Part shown: positions 20,539-29,682 of the stretch, in pieces
How the letters are laid out: every line of letters begins with the position of its first letter
How positions within the stretch are numbered: position 1 is the stretch's first letter
Origin: Gemmatimonadota bacterium
GTDB taxonomy: Bacteria > Gemmatimonadota > Gemmatimonadetes > Gemmatimonadales > Gemmatimonadaceae
Assembly (NCBI GenBank): GCA_003155795.1
Contig: PMEM01000043.1
Coordinates: 31,925-95,924 of the forward strand
Reading direction: 5' to 3'
Length of the DNA stretch: 64,000 bases
The notes under the pieces: generated by a model
Seen by the model: only the letters and a program-made list of their open reading frames with translations
Told to the model about the DNA's origin: nothing
Databases searched by the model: none
Program-made: the position numbers and the translations under genes

Positions 20539-23500
20539 ATGCGCACACTCGAGCACGCGCGCGCCAAAGGCCGCGAATACCGCACCATTCTCGGGGCCAA
20601 TCCAGATGGGCTCTGTGGCCGTATCGTGCAACACATCGCTGAGATTTGGGGGATCGAAGCGGTTGCCATCAGTCGTGCTCAGATGGGGGGAAGTGTGGGG
20701 GAGGTTAATCCGAGCTCCGGCGTCCTCAAGTATGACCGTACGCTCTCGGACGCCGATAAACTCGACCTGTTCGCGCACGAGCTTGGGCATCTCGTTCTAC
20801 ACAAGCGACTAACAGATCCAAACATCCCTCGTGACCCGGTGCTAGGCTCTGCCTATACAAATTCCGGGTCGGGGGCAATCGCCCGTTATAGCCCGCGCGC
20901 AATGGAAGAGGCACAAGCCAGCGCGTTTGCGACCGAGCTCATATGTCCGAGTGCCAAATTGTTCGCAGATTGGCGCGCCGAGAACACGGCGACTGCGGCG
21001 TCGCTTGCTGAGCGCTTTGGCGTGCCGGTCAAAGTAGCGCATGCGCAGCTAGCGCATGCGCTTCACGAGTTCGCACTGGGGGCGAATGATCCGATAGCGA
21101 AGCCACAGCGCGCGATCGCGTTTACGCCACGTCAGCTTGAGGCGGCGCGCTTCACCGGGAAGCCTGCCCTTGTCGATGCGGGTCCAGGCACTGGAAAGAC
21201 CGCGACGCTCATCAGACGGATTCAGTTCCTGCTTGAGGAAAGCAGCGCCCGACCAAGCGAGATCCTTGTTCTAACATTCAGCAACGAAGCTGCACAGGAA
21301 CTGCGCGAGCGTGTCACGTTAGCGTTTGGCGCTGACGTGACTGAAGAGATGACAATCGCAACGTTCCATGGCTTTGGAATGACGTTCCTGCATCATCACG
21401 GACAGCATGTTGGCTACGATACTGCCTTCACGATACTAGACGAGGACACACAAGCTGAGCTAGTCACGTCAATCCTTGGAAGGGTGCCGTGCGGCCAGAT
21501 CCTCACGCTCCGAGATCCCCAGGAGACCGTCGATGCAGTTGTAGAGCACATCAATTATTGCAAGCAACGGCTGCGCGACTGTGACGCACTTCAAGAATGT
21601 GTCAGCGCTTGGACACCAACACCTGACGAAACTGACGCGAATGCGGCGTCTGGGCAATTCGCCGGGCTCTATCGCGAGTACGAATCCGCCAAGCACGCAG
21701 CTAAGCAAATCGACTTCGCCGATTTGATCATGTTACCTCTGCGCGTTCTGGAACAGCAACCCGAAATCGCTGCTGCTTACCAAAGCAAGTACCCGTGGGT
21801 GCTAGTCGACGAGTTTCAGGATGTGACCCGCGCCACGTCTCGGCTACTCAGGCAGCTGTGCGGGCCAACCAACCCGCCTTGGGTGGTTGGTGACGCGCGC
21901 CAGGCGATCTATCGCTTCCTGGGTGCAGCGCCGGAAAATGTACGTGAGTTCAGTACAGATTTCCCGGGCGCTGTAGTCTTCGAGCTCGAGGAGAATTATC
22001 GGTCCGCCGCGCCCGTAGTTCGAGCAGCCAATGAGCTCGCGACTCTAATGGAAGATCCGGAGCGCGCCGATGGTCAGGTTTATGAGCGATGGCGGGCGGC
22101 TACCGATCAGACACCGCTCGGCGATATGCCCATCGTAATCGCTGAAGCGACGTCTGACTACGCGGAACGCGAAGGCGTTGCCGATCAAGTGCAAGCCTGG
22201 CTTGAGACTGGACAGGTCACACCTAGCGAGATTGCCGTTCTTGCCAGACGGAACATCGACGTGCGGAATATTATTCTAGCCCTAGCTGCGCGCGGTGTGC
22301 GAGCACAAGCAAGCGGTCTGCTGACCGCTGACGGGGCGGCGGGGGACCTCGCCGCAGCCGTCACCCTGACCGATGCGCCGGTTGCTTCGATCCCACGCGT
22401 CGCGTTTGCGCTTGGCCGGGCGCGGTTCCCAGTAGGCGCCATAAACGCTGTAGTGCATCACGCGCTGGCAACGTTCCGTAAAGACCGTGGGTTCGACATA
22501 GCTGCGCCCGATAGCGGTGCCGAACTCGCGTCAGAAGTTGAGTTTGCTCGGGCGTGTCTCACGCGAGGGCACTTTACCGCCGACGGGTTTGCAACGCTCG
22601 CCACATTCCTCTTCGATGGCGGCTGCTACCTTCGCGTCCTACTTGATGCCGCAGATGGTGCCGAGCGCGCGATGGCACTCATGGAGATCGTAAGCGCGCT
22701 ATCGCTTGCCGTGAGCTACCGCGTCACGCACCCGGCTATGCCGCCTGCGCTTGCCCGAGTTGGCTTCGCCAGTCATCTTCGCGCACGGTTGGCTGAGACG
22801 ACACCGCTTCCGATCGTCGCGCGCGCGCGACCGGACGCCGTTAGGGTAATGACTTGTCATGCGTCAAAAGGCCTAGAGTTCCCCTGTGTCATCGTCGCCG
22901 GCCAAACAGTACCAAAGGCGCGAGCGAAGTACCCTTGGCTCCCACCCTCGTGGCGCCCCGCCACGGACGAAGACGTCGAGCAAGGGGACGCGCTCCTCTT
23001 CGTCGGTGTTACTCGCGGCCAGCGCGCTGTAGTCGTGTCATTCCCGAAGCAGGCAGGAGAGGGAGTACGCGGCCACGCGAAGCAGGTTGTTCGCCTGCTG
23101 GCGCGTTGGCGCGCCGCGCACGAGTTAGAAGTAGTCTCATGGACAGCGAGCGGGAATCCTACCTCCGAAGTCACCGTCGGCCTCATTTGGGGTGGACACA
23201 CACCGGCTGTGCTCAACCTGTCCGCGCTCGACACGTCAACCTGCGCAATTCAGACCTACCTGGAGGAGTTCTTGGGGGTATCCTTCCCGATTGCCGCGCG
23301 CGCACTGTACCCGGTCTTCTTCTCCGTTACGCGCCGCGTCCTTCGGCAGGTCGTCACGCGCGCCAATGAGACAGGACGGCTCGTCGAAGAGGCGGCAGTA
23401 CGTTCGATGGTCGCCGATGCGTGGCCTGAAGGAGAATTCGCTGAGCATCCCCACATTGGGATCTACCTTGATGCGACGCTTCGTATGGTGCTTGATTTCG

Positions 23501-23973
23501 CAAAGTTGTACCGACCTGTAGGAGTGCCGATTACATCGTTCGATCCCGAACTCACCGTTACTGCCGAAGGCGAAGAGCCAGCAGTGCGGCTCGATCTGAT
23601 TGGCCATTTTCTCCAGGCTGATGGGCGCATCGTCGCCCTTAGCTTCCGACCTGAATCACTCGGTGCAGACGCTAAGGATGGGGTTCTTAATTGGAGTGCG
23701 AAGCGCATCAATAGTAAGAAGAGGATGTCTTTCGTACTCCTGGAGCGGCGTACCCCAGGCATACTTCCGCACTTTTTTTCCGGAGCCGACGGGGAGATGT
23801 TCAGTTTCAAGTGGAGCACGCGGAAAGACTCGCTAACGAACGAGACGGCAAAGGTGATCGGTAAGCTGGAGGCGCTCTCGCACGGTGAGTTTGCGACCAA
23901 AATCTCGGCGTATACATGCGACCGCTGTCGCGCTCGTGTTAGCTGCCCTCACTGGGTGGGAGCACTCGGTTAG
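20539..23973 (+). CDS. ImmA/IrrE metallopeptidase - UvrD (SF1A) helicase - Fe-S PD-(D/E)XK-like fusion
   Basis: AHELGH and EAQASAFATELICP; AGPGTGKT, TFHG, DEFQD, VGDARQAIYRF, ENYRS, HASKGLEF, VGVTR; TCAIQ plus CDRCRARVSC. Confidence 0.9.
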   Translation: MRTLEHARAKGREYRTILGANPDGLCGRIVQHIAEIWGIEAVAISRAQMGGSVGEVNPSSGVLKYDRTLSDADKLDLFAHELGHLVLHKRLTDPNIPRDPVLGSAYTNSGSGAIARYSPRAMEEAQASAFATELICPSAKLFADWRAENTATAASLAERFGVPVKVAHAQLAHALHEFALGANDPIAKPQRAIAFTPRQLEAARFTGKPALVDAGPGTGKTATLIRRIQFLLEESSARPSEILVLTFSNEAAQELRERVTLAFGADVTEEMTIATFHGFGMTFLHHHGQHVGYDTAFTILDEDTQAELVTSILGRVPCGQILTLRDPQETVDAVVEHINYCKQRLRDCDALQECVSAWTPTPDETDANAASGQFAGLYREYESAKHAAKQIDFADLIMLPLRVLEQQPEIAAAYQSKYPWVLVDEFQDVTRATSRLLRQLCGPTNPPWVVGDARQAIYRFLGAAPENVREFSTDFPGAVVFELEENYRSAAPVVRAANELATLMEDPERADGQVYERWRAATDQTPLGDMPIVIAEATSDYAEREGVADQVQAWLETGQVTPSEIAVLARRNIDVRNIILALAARGVRAQASGLLTADGAAGDLAAAVTLTDAPVASIPRVAFALGRARFPVGAINAVVHHALATFRKDRGFDIAAPDSGAELASEVEFARACLTRGHFTADGFATLATFLFDGGCYLRVLLDAADGAERAMALMEIVSALSLAVSYRVTHPAMPPALARVGFASHLRARLAETTPLPIVARARPDAVRVMTCHASKGLEFPCVIVAGQTVPKARAKYPWLPPSWRPATDEDVEQGDALLFVGVTRGQRAVVVSFPKQAGEGVRGHAKQVVRLLARWRAAHELEVVSWTASGNPTSEVTVGLIWGGHTPAVLNLSALDTSTCAIQTYLEEFLGVSFPIAARALYPVFFSVTRRVLRQVVTRANETGRLVEEAAVRSMVADAWPEGEFAEHPHIGIYLDATLRMVLDFAKLYRPVGVPITSFDPELTVTAEGEEPAVRLDLIGHFLQADGRIVALSFRPESLGADAKDGVLNWSAKRINSKKRMSFVLLERRTPGILPHFFSGADGEMFSFKWSTRKDSLTNETAKVIGKLEALSHGEFATKISAYTCDRCRARVSCPHWVGALG

Positions 23974-24101
23974 CAGATGCGCTAAACGCGGGATTCGGCC
24001 TACCCATCGACGCACATCAGCCTGAGTGCGGCCGTAGGAGGTGTAGGGCGGCCAGAGTGGCTGCTCTGCACCTCTTTCGTTTGTTACTCTGGAGATACAA
24101 A

Positions 24102-24437
24102 ATGACCACAACGGCACACGGCGCAGACGCGTCGCAGGACGAAGCAGGGGACGAGCGCCACGGACCACCGCACGTCCAGCTACAAGTCCAGACCCCACGC
24201 GGGCTCTGGAGCATGACTGAGCCGGAAGAGGCGCCCCGCCGGCCAGACTATCCCATCTCCACAAAGATCCAAGTCGTGATCGACGACGCACGAACAGTCT
24301 TCAAGTTCGTCGAGAATGACAGCAAGTACACTTTGTTCCTGGGTGGAGAGATGCTTGCGCCCGAACGGACGCTCGCGAGCTATCATATTGCGCCCGACGC
24401 ACTCTTGGTGCTCTCCGTCCAAGGTGGGAACGCGTGA
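24102..24437 (+). CDS. ubiquitin-like protein (BilA-like)
   Basis: GGAG RBS; beta-grasp pattern YTLFLGGEMLAPERTLASYHIAPDALLVL; ends VQGGNA. Confidence 0.82.
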   Translation: MTTTAHGADASQDEAGDERHGPPHVQLQVQTPRGLWSMTEPEEAPRRPDYPISTKIQVVIDDARTVFKFVENDSKYTLFLGGEMLAPERTLASYHIAPDALLVLSVQGGNA

Positions 24438-24892
24438 GCGTTCCCGTCTCTCTGTCACTTGAGACCGTGCGCTGCGAACTCGCCGCTGCGACAGCTTATG
24501 CCGCGGCTGCGGGGCTCGAGCTTGATGCCAGTGAATTGAGCGAGAATACGCTTCAGTTTCATGTTGTGTTCTGGAACATGCAGCGCGAGCGATTCACGGC
24601 AGAATTCGATTGTCGTGATTACTCAATGTATCCGCCGACGATTGAATTCGTGGATGCGACCCGCACCCTGCGAGGTACGCCCGCTCTTTATCCAGCAGGG
24701 TTCCATGGAATGCCATGCGTATGCGCGCGCTATAATCGCAAAGCATACACAGAGCGCGGCGGGCCTCACGGAGACTGGCGGCTGGTTGACTGGCAATTAC
24801 CTACCGGCAACGGGGTTGCAATCGACAGTCTGGCTATGATTCTAAGCGACCTTCATAGTAAGATTTCGCAGTCTGCAGGGAGACTGGGATGA
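24434..24892 (+). CDS. prokaryotic E2 (UBC-fold) conjugating enzyme (BilB-like)
   Basis: GTGA overlap; FDCRDYSMYPPTIEFVD and FHGMPCVC candidate catalytic Cys. Confidence 0.78.
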   Translation: MSVPVSLSLETVRCELAAATAYAAAAGLELDASELSENTLQFHVVFWNMQRERFTAEFDCRDYSMYPPTIEFVDATRTLRGTPALYPAGFHGMPCVCARYNRKAYTERGGPHGDWRLVDWQLPTGNGVAIDSLAMILSDLHSKISQSAGRLG

Positions 24893-25422
24893 GTGACAAG
24901 GTCCCCATCATCTACATCCCTGCAACCTTACTCGGTGCCACAGGGATGCTTCTCGCTAGCTTCGCAGAGGAGTTACCCTCCGAAGGCATTGTTTACTGGT
25001 TCGGACTCGAGCTCGGGCCGCGGGCCATCGTGGCGTCGCTCGTCGTCCCAAATGCCGACTCATCTCGTGGAGACATCGTGACTTCAGCTGCCGCGAACGC
25101 TGAAGCACTTGGGGCGGTTGTGGGAACCCCGCTCGTTCTCCTCGGACAAGCTCACTCGCACCCACGCGCGAATGTACGCCACTCGCCTGTCGATGACCGC
25201 GAGACGTACGCGCAGTTTCCCGGTGCACTCTCAGTCGTTGTGCCGTTCTTCAGCCGGAACGGGATCGACCTCTCACGCTGCGGTGTGCATCGTCATCTAG
25301 CGGGCCGGTATCAGCTTATCCCACGCGACCAAGTGCAACAACACGTGAGAGTCGTTCCTGGCATCGTTGACTTCCGGCGTGATCGATTCACTACTGAGAT
25401 GTCCCGTGCACGTGCACTCTGA
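24889..25422 (+). CDS. JAB/MPN metallopeptidase (BilC-like DUB)
   Basis: ATGA overlap; Glu in SEG, JAMM motif HSHPRANVRHSPVDD. Confidence 0.88.
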   Translation: MSDKVPIIYIPATLLGATGMLLASFAEELPSEGIVYWFGLELGPRAIVASLVVPNADSSRGDIVTSAAANAEALGAVVGTPLVLLGQAHSHPRANVRHSPVDDRETYAQFPGALSVVVPFFSRNGIDLSRCGVHRHLAGRYQLIPRDQVQQHVRVVPGIVDFRRDRFTTEMSRARAL

Positions 25423-26920
25423 ACAGGCGATAACATCGCCGCTCACGCCGGCCGACCGACTTCGTGTTGCTGATCGCTGGCGGACGGCGGAGTCGTTCTA
25501 CCGGGAGCGCGATGACCGCACCACGCGTAATGTTGGTGACCTCGCGACACACGCGTACCGTGCCGTTGAAATCCACGTCGATCCCGGCGCCGCGGCTAAT
25601 CTCACCGTGCAGCGTATGGCACTCACCGTAGCAAATCTCACCGCCCGTTGGGCGCGTCGGGTGCGTATTGTGCTCGCAGCCGACGCGCCTCTTGCGCCCA
25701 TTCTCCGTCGGGACGGTGCGGCGTGCCTCAGCGATCGACTGATTCGCGAGATGTGCGCGGCTGACCCGTTCGGCGAGTTCAATATAGCTGTGACGGGCAC
25801 AAGTGTCGCCAATGACGGCCGAGCACCGTTACGCCTCTTTGTCGGCCCATGGACGCTCCACCCACAAGCATTGAGCAGTGAAGACTATCAGGTGCACGCG
25901 TCATCGTGGACAGCTTTGGGGAGACGCACGGGAACGCAAGGGCGGCTTCTAGGAATCATGAACGGAGCAGAAGCAACCGCAGCGGCGGCAGGCTTAGCCG
26001 GCGCCCTCGGTGCCGCAGACCTTTTCAAGCGAGCTGTTGGTCACGTCCACGCGAACTGGATGCCTACATTCGCTTGGGATACCTGGGCGGGTATCCTCGA
26101 CACCTCACCGATGGCATGGTCAACGGTTGGACATCGCTCTGTACCGGAGCACTTGGATTTCGGCGAGACTCTGCTCGCGGGCGTTGGTGCGATCGGCTCA
26201 GCTTTTATCTACCTCGCTGATTTTATGCCGCTCAGCGGTGCGCTCACGCTGCTCGACCGAGACGCCATCGAGATCACGAACTTGAACCGAACGCCGCTAT
26301 TTACGGTCATGCACGCGCTCGACGAACCGAAGAAGACGGGAGCAGTTGCTGCGTACCTCACCGGCCGAGGTGTCAAAGTCGAAAGTCTGACGGGACCATG
26401 GCGGGAGCACGCAGCGGCGCTGGCAGAGCGGCCTTTCGACGCTTGGATCAGCCTCATAAATGAAGACGGTGCGTGGGCTGAGGTGCCGTTCCAACTCCCT
26501 CCTGTAGTCCTCCACGGTACGACGACGAGCGGCTGGGGCTTCGGTATGGGGCGACACATCCCAGGGCGCGAGGACTGCACGCTCTGCCGCCTCCCGCGGC
26601 CGGCCACGGAGTTCCGCGGGCCTTGTGCCCAGGGCGAAATCGCCCTGGGTGTGGACCGGGAGCCCGTCCGGGCATCGCTCCCGTTCCTCTCGACGGCGGC
26701 CGCCGCCTTGGTACTTACCGCGTACCTTCAGCTTGGGGAAGGATCTGCTGCGGTGTCATTACCGAACGACGTGTCCGCTGATCTAGGCTCCGGTCTCCCG
26801 GCGCTGATCGCCCTGCATCGTGGTCCAAGCGTGGGGTGTCGAGGATGCCATGCGCAAAGCTCTGTGGCATGGCACTCACGCGGCGGTAGAGGTCGATTCG
26901 CACATTACTCAACCCCGTGA
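25367..26920 (+). CDS. ThiF/E1 activating enzyme with N-terminal inactive adenylation-like domain (BilD-like)
   Basis: GVGAIG, DRDAIEITNLNR, CTLC, GPCAQG, CRGC; true start may be GTG 25406/25412. Confidence 0.88.
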   Translation: MTSGVIDSLLRCPVHVHSEQAITSPLTPADRLRVADRWRTAESFYRERDDRTTRNVGDLATHAYRAVEIHVDPGAAANLTVQRMALTVANLTARWARRVRIVLAADAPLAPILRRDGAACLSDRLIREMCAADPFGEFNIAVTGTSVANDGRAPLRLFVGPWTLHPQALSSEDYQVHASSWTALGRRTGTQGRLLGIMNGAEATAAAAGLAGALGAADLFKRAVGHVHANWMPTFAWDTWAGILDTSPMAWSTVGHRSVPEHLDFGETLLAGVGAIGSAFIYLADFMPLSGALTLLDRDAIEITNLNRTPLFTVMHALDEPKKTGAVAAYLTGRGVKVESLTGPWREHAAALAERPFDAWISLINEDGAWAEVPFQLPPVVLHGTTTSGWGFGMGRHIPGREDCTLCRLPRPATEFRGPCAQGEIALGVDREPVRASLPFLSTAAAALVLTAYLQLGEGSAAVSLPNDVSADLGSGLPALIALHRGPSVGCRGCHAQSSVAWHSRGGRGRFAHYSTP

Positions 26921-27209
26921 ATATGACCCGCAGCGCTCTGGCCAACTCAAGAATATGACGGTTCGGTCACTATCGATCGGACCTAGCATGTCGAATGACA
27001 AAGTCGTTGCGACTAGAGTAGCTAATATCGGCGAAAAGCGTCAAAGTGGTTGCGAATTTGGGTCGCCGCCGGCCAAAGGCGATGCGACTGACCCGCGCTC
27101 GGTCAAAGACGATGCGACCGTCACTACCGGGGTATTTTCTGGTAGATCTTTGTCACCGAATAGACTCAGGATCAACAGGGAGGTGCCCCCACGTTCATAA
27201 ACTGCAACG

Positions 27210-27689
27210 CTAAACTGGCGCAGTGGTAAGGCCCAGTTGGAGCAGAGCTAGTGGTGCAGTAAGAGGACGTGCTTGCCAGAAGCTCCCAAATAACAAGAAC
27301 GGCAAGGCGATAAGTGCGCCCGTAAGTGCACTCGGCTGGATGAGGACTTCGAGCACGAGATCGAAGACCCAAATCCGCCTGAGAGGCTCCAATAGGTCCC
27401 ACGACGAAATCCTATCGCCCTCGTTAGCGGCTGCATACGCGCCGCTCTTCGATATGTCTGCCACCGGGCTGGTCGGTACAGTTTTAGCTACCTCCCGATG
27501 GAACTCGCGTAGGACGGCATATGCTTCGGCGATGTCTTGAAACCTGCGTGTTGCTACGGCACGCTCCCCCGGCGTGAAAAAACGGTCAGGATGGAATCGA
27601 CTAGCGAGAGTTCTGAAGCGTGAACGAATCTCATCAAGACTTGCAGTCGACTCTAGCTGTAATAGGGCGCATGCCTCCACCATATTCAT
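27210..27689 (-). CDS. DnaJ-domain membrane protein
   Basis: EIRSRFRTLASRFHPDRF..FQDIAEAYAVL J-domain; hydrophobic C-terminus. Confidence 0.75.
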   Translation of the reverse strand: MNMVEACALLQLESTASLDEIRSRFRTLASRFHPDRFFTPGERAVATRRFQDIAEAYAVLREFHREVAKTVPTSPVADISKSGAYAAANEGDRISSWDLLEPLRRIWVFDLVLEVLIQPSALTGALIALPFLLFGSFWQARPLTAPLALLQLGLTTAPV

Positions 27690-27815
27690 ATTGTTACCGG
27701 AAGGTGCGGCGCCCAAGCCTTGCTTGCTATAGAGCGTATTGCCATAAATAGGAAGGCGATCGTTCGACGATCGCCTGACCACTTCAGCGTTAGCTTAACA
27801 GCATAATCAACGAAA

Positions 27816-28157
27816 CTACCGCGATTGCGTTGGTGGCGCATCGAGAATGTCGAGTCCTACGCCGCCATTTGCCTTGTGATGAAGGATGACATACTTCCCC
27901 GGATACGCCGCGATCGCACCCGCGACGCCAGTGGTCTCGAATAGCGTCATAAGGTGCTCCGGATCGTAGTCTTCCAGTATCGCTCGCGTGATTCGGATCG
28001 TTCGAGTAATTGTCAGCTTGTCGTGCCTCCATGCCAAAACACGAAAGTCAAAGGCAAAGTCGCGCTCTGTCACGGGCCAATCGTGTCCATCGAACCACTG
28101 CGTGATTGCTGCGTCATGCACAGCGAACTTCGCAAATATTGGATCGCTGATCGTCAT
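27816..28157 (-). CDS. hypothetical protein
   Basis: GAGG RBS before ATG; globular-looking 113 aa. Confidence 0.55.
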   Translation of the reverse strand: MTISDPIFAKFAVHDAAITQWFDGHDWPVTERDFAFDFRVLAWRHDKLTITRTIRITRAILEDYDPEHLMTLFETTGVAGAIAAYPGKYVILHHKANGGVGLDILDAPPTQSR

Positions 28158-28833
28158 ACGTTCCTCGATATATAGATCCCATGGTTGTCAACGCTCGAAC
28201 CGCGGTCGGCAGCTAACACATCTAGCGGTGCTCCGCGCACGGGGGGGGCGGCGAAGCTCCGACGGTAGTCGTAATCACAGGGGCGCTGAGACGCTTCGCG
28301 GATCATAGGTGGGAGTGTTGCCACCCTATCAAATCAACTTTGATGTATATGATCGCTGTCGGCTCATACCTAACTTGGCCAGTCCGGAAAATTCTCGTAC
28401 GCTCCGATTAATTCTTGTTTTTCACATCACCGTCAGCCGCAACTGGCAGTCAGTTGCAACGACTTTGGCTGTAGTCGCAACGGCTTTGGCCATTTCGCAT
28501 CCTCTTTGTCATCCGACATAGCAATCACTAAGTAAGTATGCAGCAGTCTTCTTTTATTTGCCATCCAATTAGTTGTGTCCGTGCTTGCGAGCTTCTCCGG
28601 CCTCACCCGTTGAGACCAGTGGTCCGATTATCTGTTGTATAAGGCCTTGGGTAGCGCCGGTGTGTGCCTGAAATTCCGGTACCGAAATGCCACCCCTGTT
28701 GAGCCCGCCGTTTGGAATCCTGGGAGCCTGGTTCCCGGGTGGCCGGGAATCCTAAGAGCGGGCTGGGGCGGGGGTTGGGTAGGCCTAACCCTTGGGGGTG
28801 TTTTTGGGAATGGTGGTTGGTCACGGACACAAC

Positions 28834-29680
28834 TTATAATTTCATAGTTCTGCAAAATTGGCGATGAAATAGAACTGAGCAGGTCAGACTTGGCGGAGCA
28901 CGAGGTGCACGGCCGCAACCGACACCACAGAGACAGCCCCGAGCCTGGCCGATTACCCGTCTGTAACTGTCGGATAATTCCGGGATAACCGCCCAGGGCA
29001 CCCAGGGAGAAACAGGTACCGATGGGCGGTGACCCCTCATCCCATCAGTTTCCGGCGGCGACTCGCGTTCCAGTAGCCCATAGCATCCACACATCGAGCG
29101 CCGCACACAGAACTACCCTTCCTGCCATCTCCGCCGGCTTTGAGAGCCACAACGAAAAACGGGGGTATCGCTGGCTAAATGGGGGCAGTACAAGCCGGAT
29201 GGCCACCGCTGCGAGTAGAAGGACGTCTAGCTCTATCCCAGTGTGCCCCAGGAGAATCTCCTTACAGGCTTCCACCTGAATCACCACCCAGCCGCCGGCG
29301 AAACTGTCTGCTACGAGCTTGGCGAGCGACCAAACGGCCGGCAAAGCCAGTGTACGGAGCGAGCGGAAACCGAGCCGCCACGGCTGGAGGGAAGCGGCCA
29401 GCAGAATAACTAGGGCGATTCGGGCAGCAATGTGGAGCATTCAAGCCTCTTTGGTCGGGGAGGCTTTCTACTTATGGGTCTCGGACGGGAGGCAGCAGTA
29501 GGGCCGAGGGTGACCGGTCGCGAGTGTTCTAGCAGTGCTTGACTATCAGAGAGAGGAGGCATCCGCCGCCGGCGCCGGCTACGAGCCAGGACAAGAATTG
29601 CCCCACCGTCCAATCGGAGATGCTTGAGCGCACGGAGTCCCACCAAGCAGTCCTTCCCTTGTTGTCAGCGATCGCGTGAA
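28834..29680 (-). pseudogene. fragmented membrane-protein gene abutting ISL3
   Basis: Hydrophobic segments in successive short minus-strand ORFs broken by stops and frameshifts. Confidence 0.3.
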
Positions 29681-29682
29681 AT

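Noticed and set aside
28760..28779. G-quadruplex motif GGGCTGGGGCGGGGGTTGGG
   Set aside because: Explained by Pro codons of a decayed minus-strand ORF; no functional context
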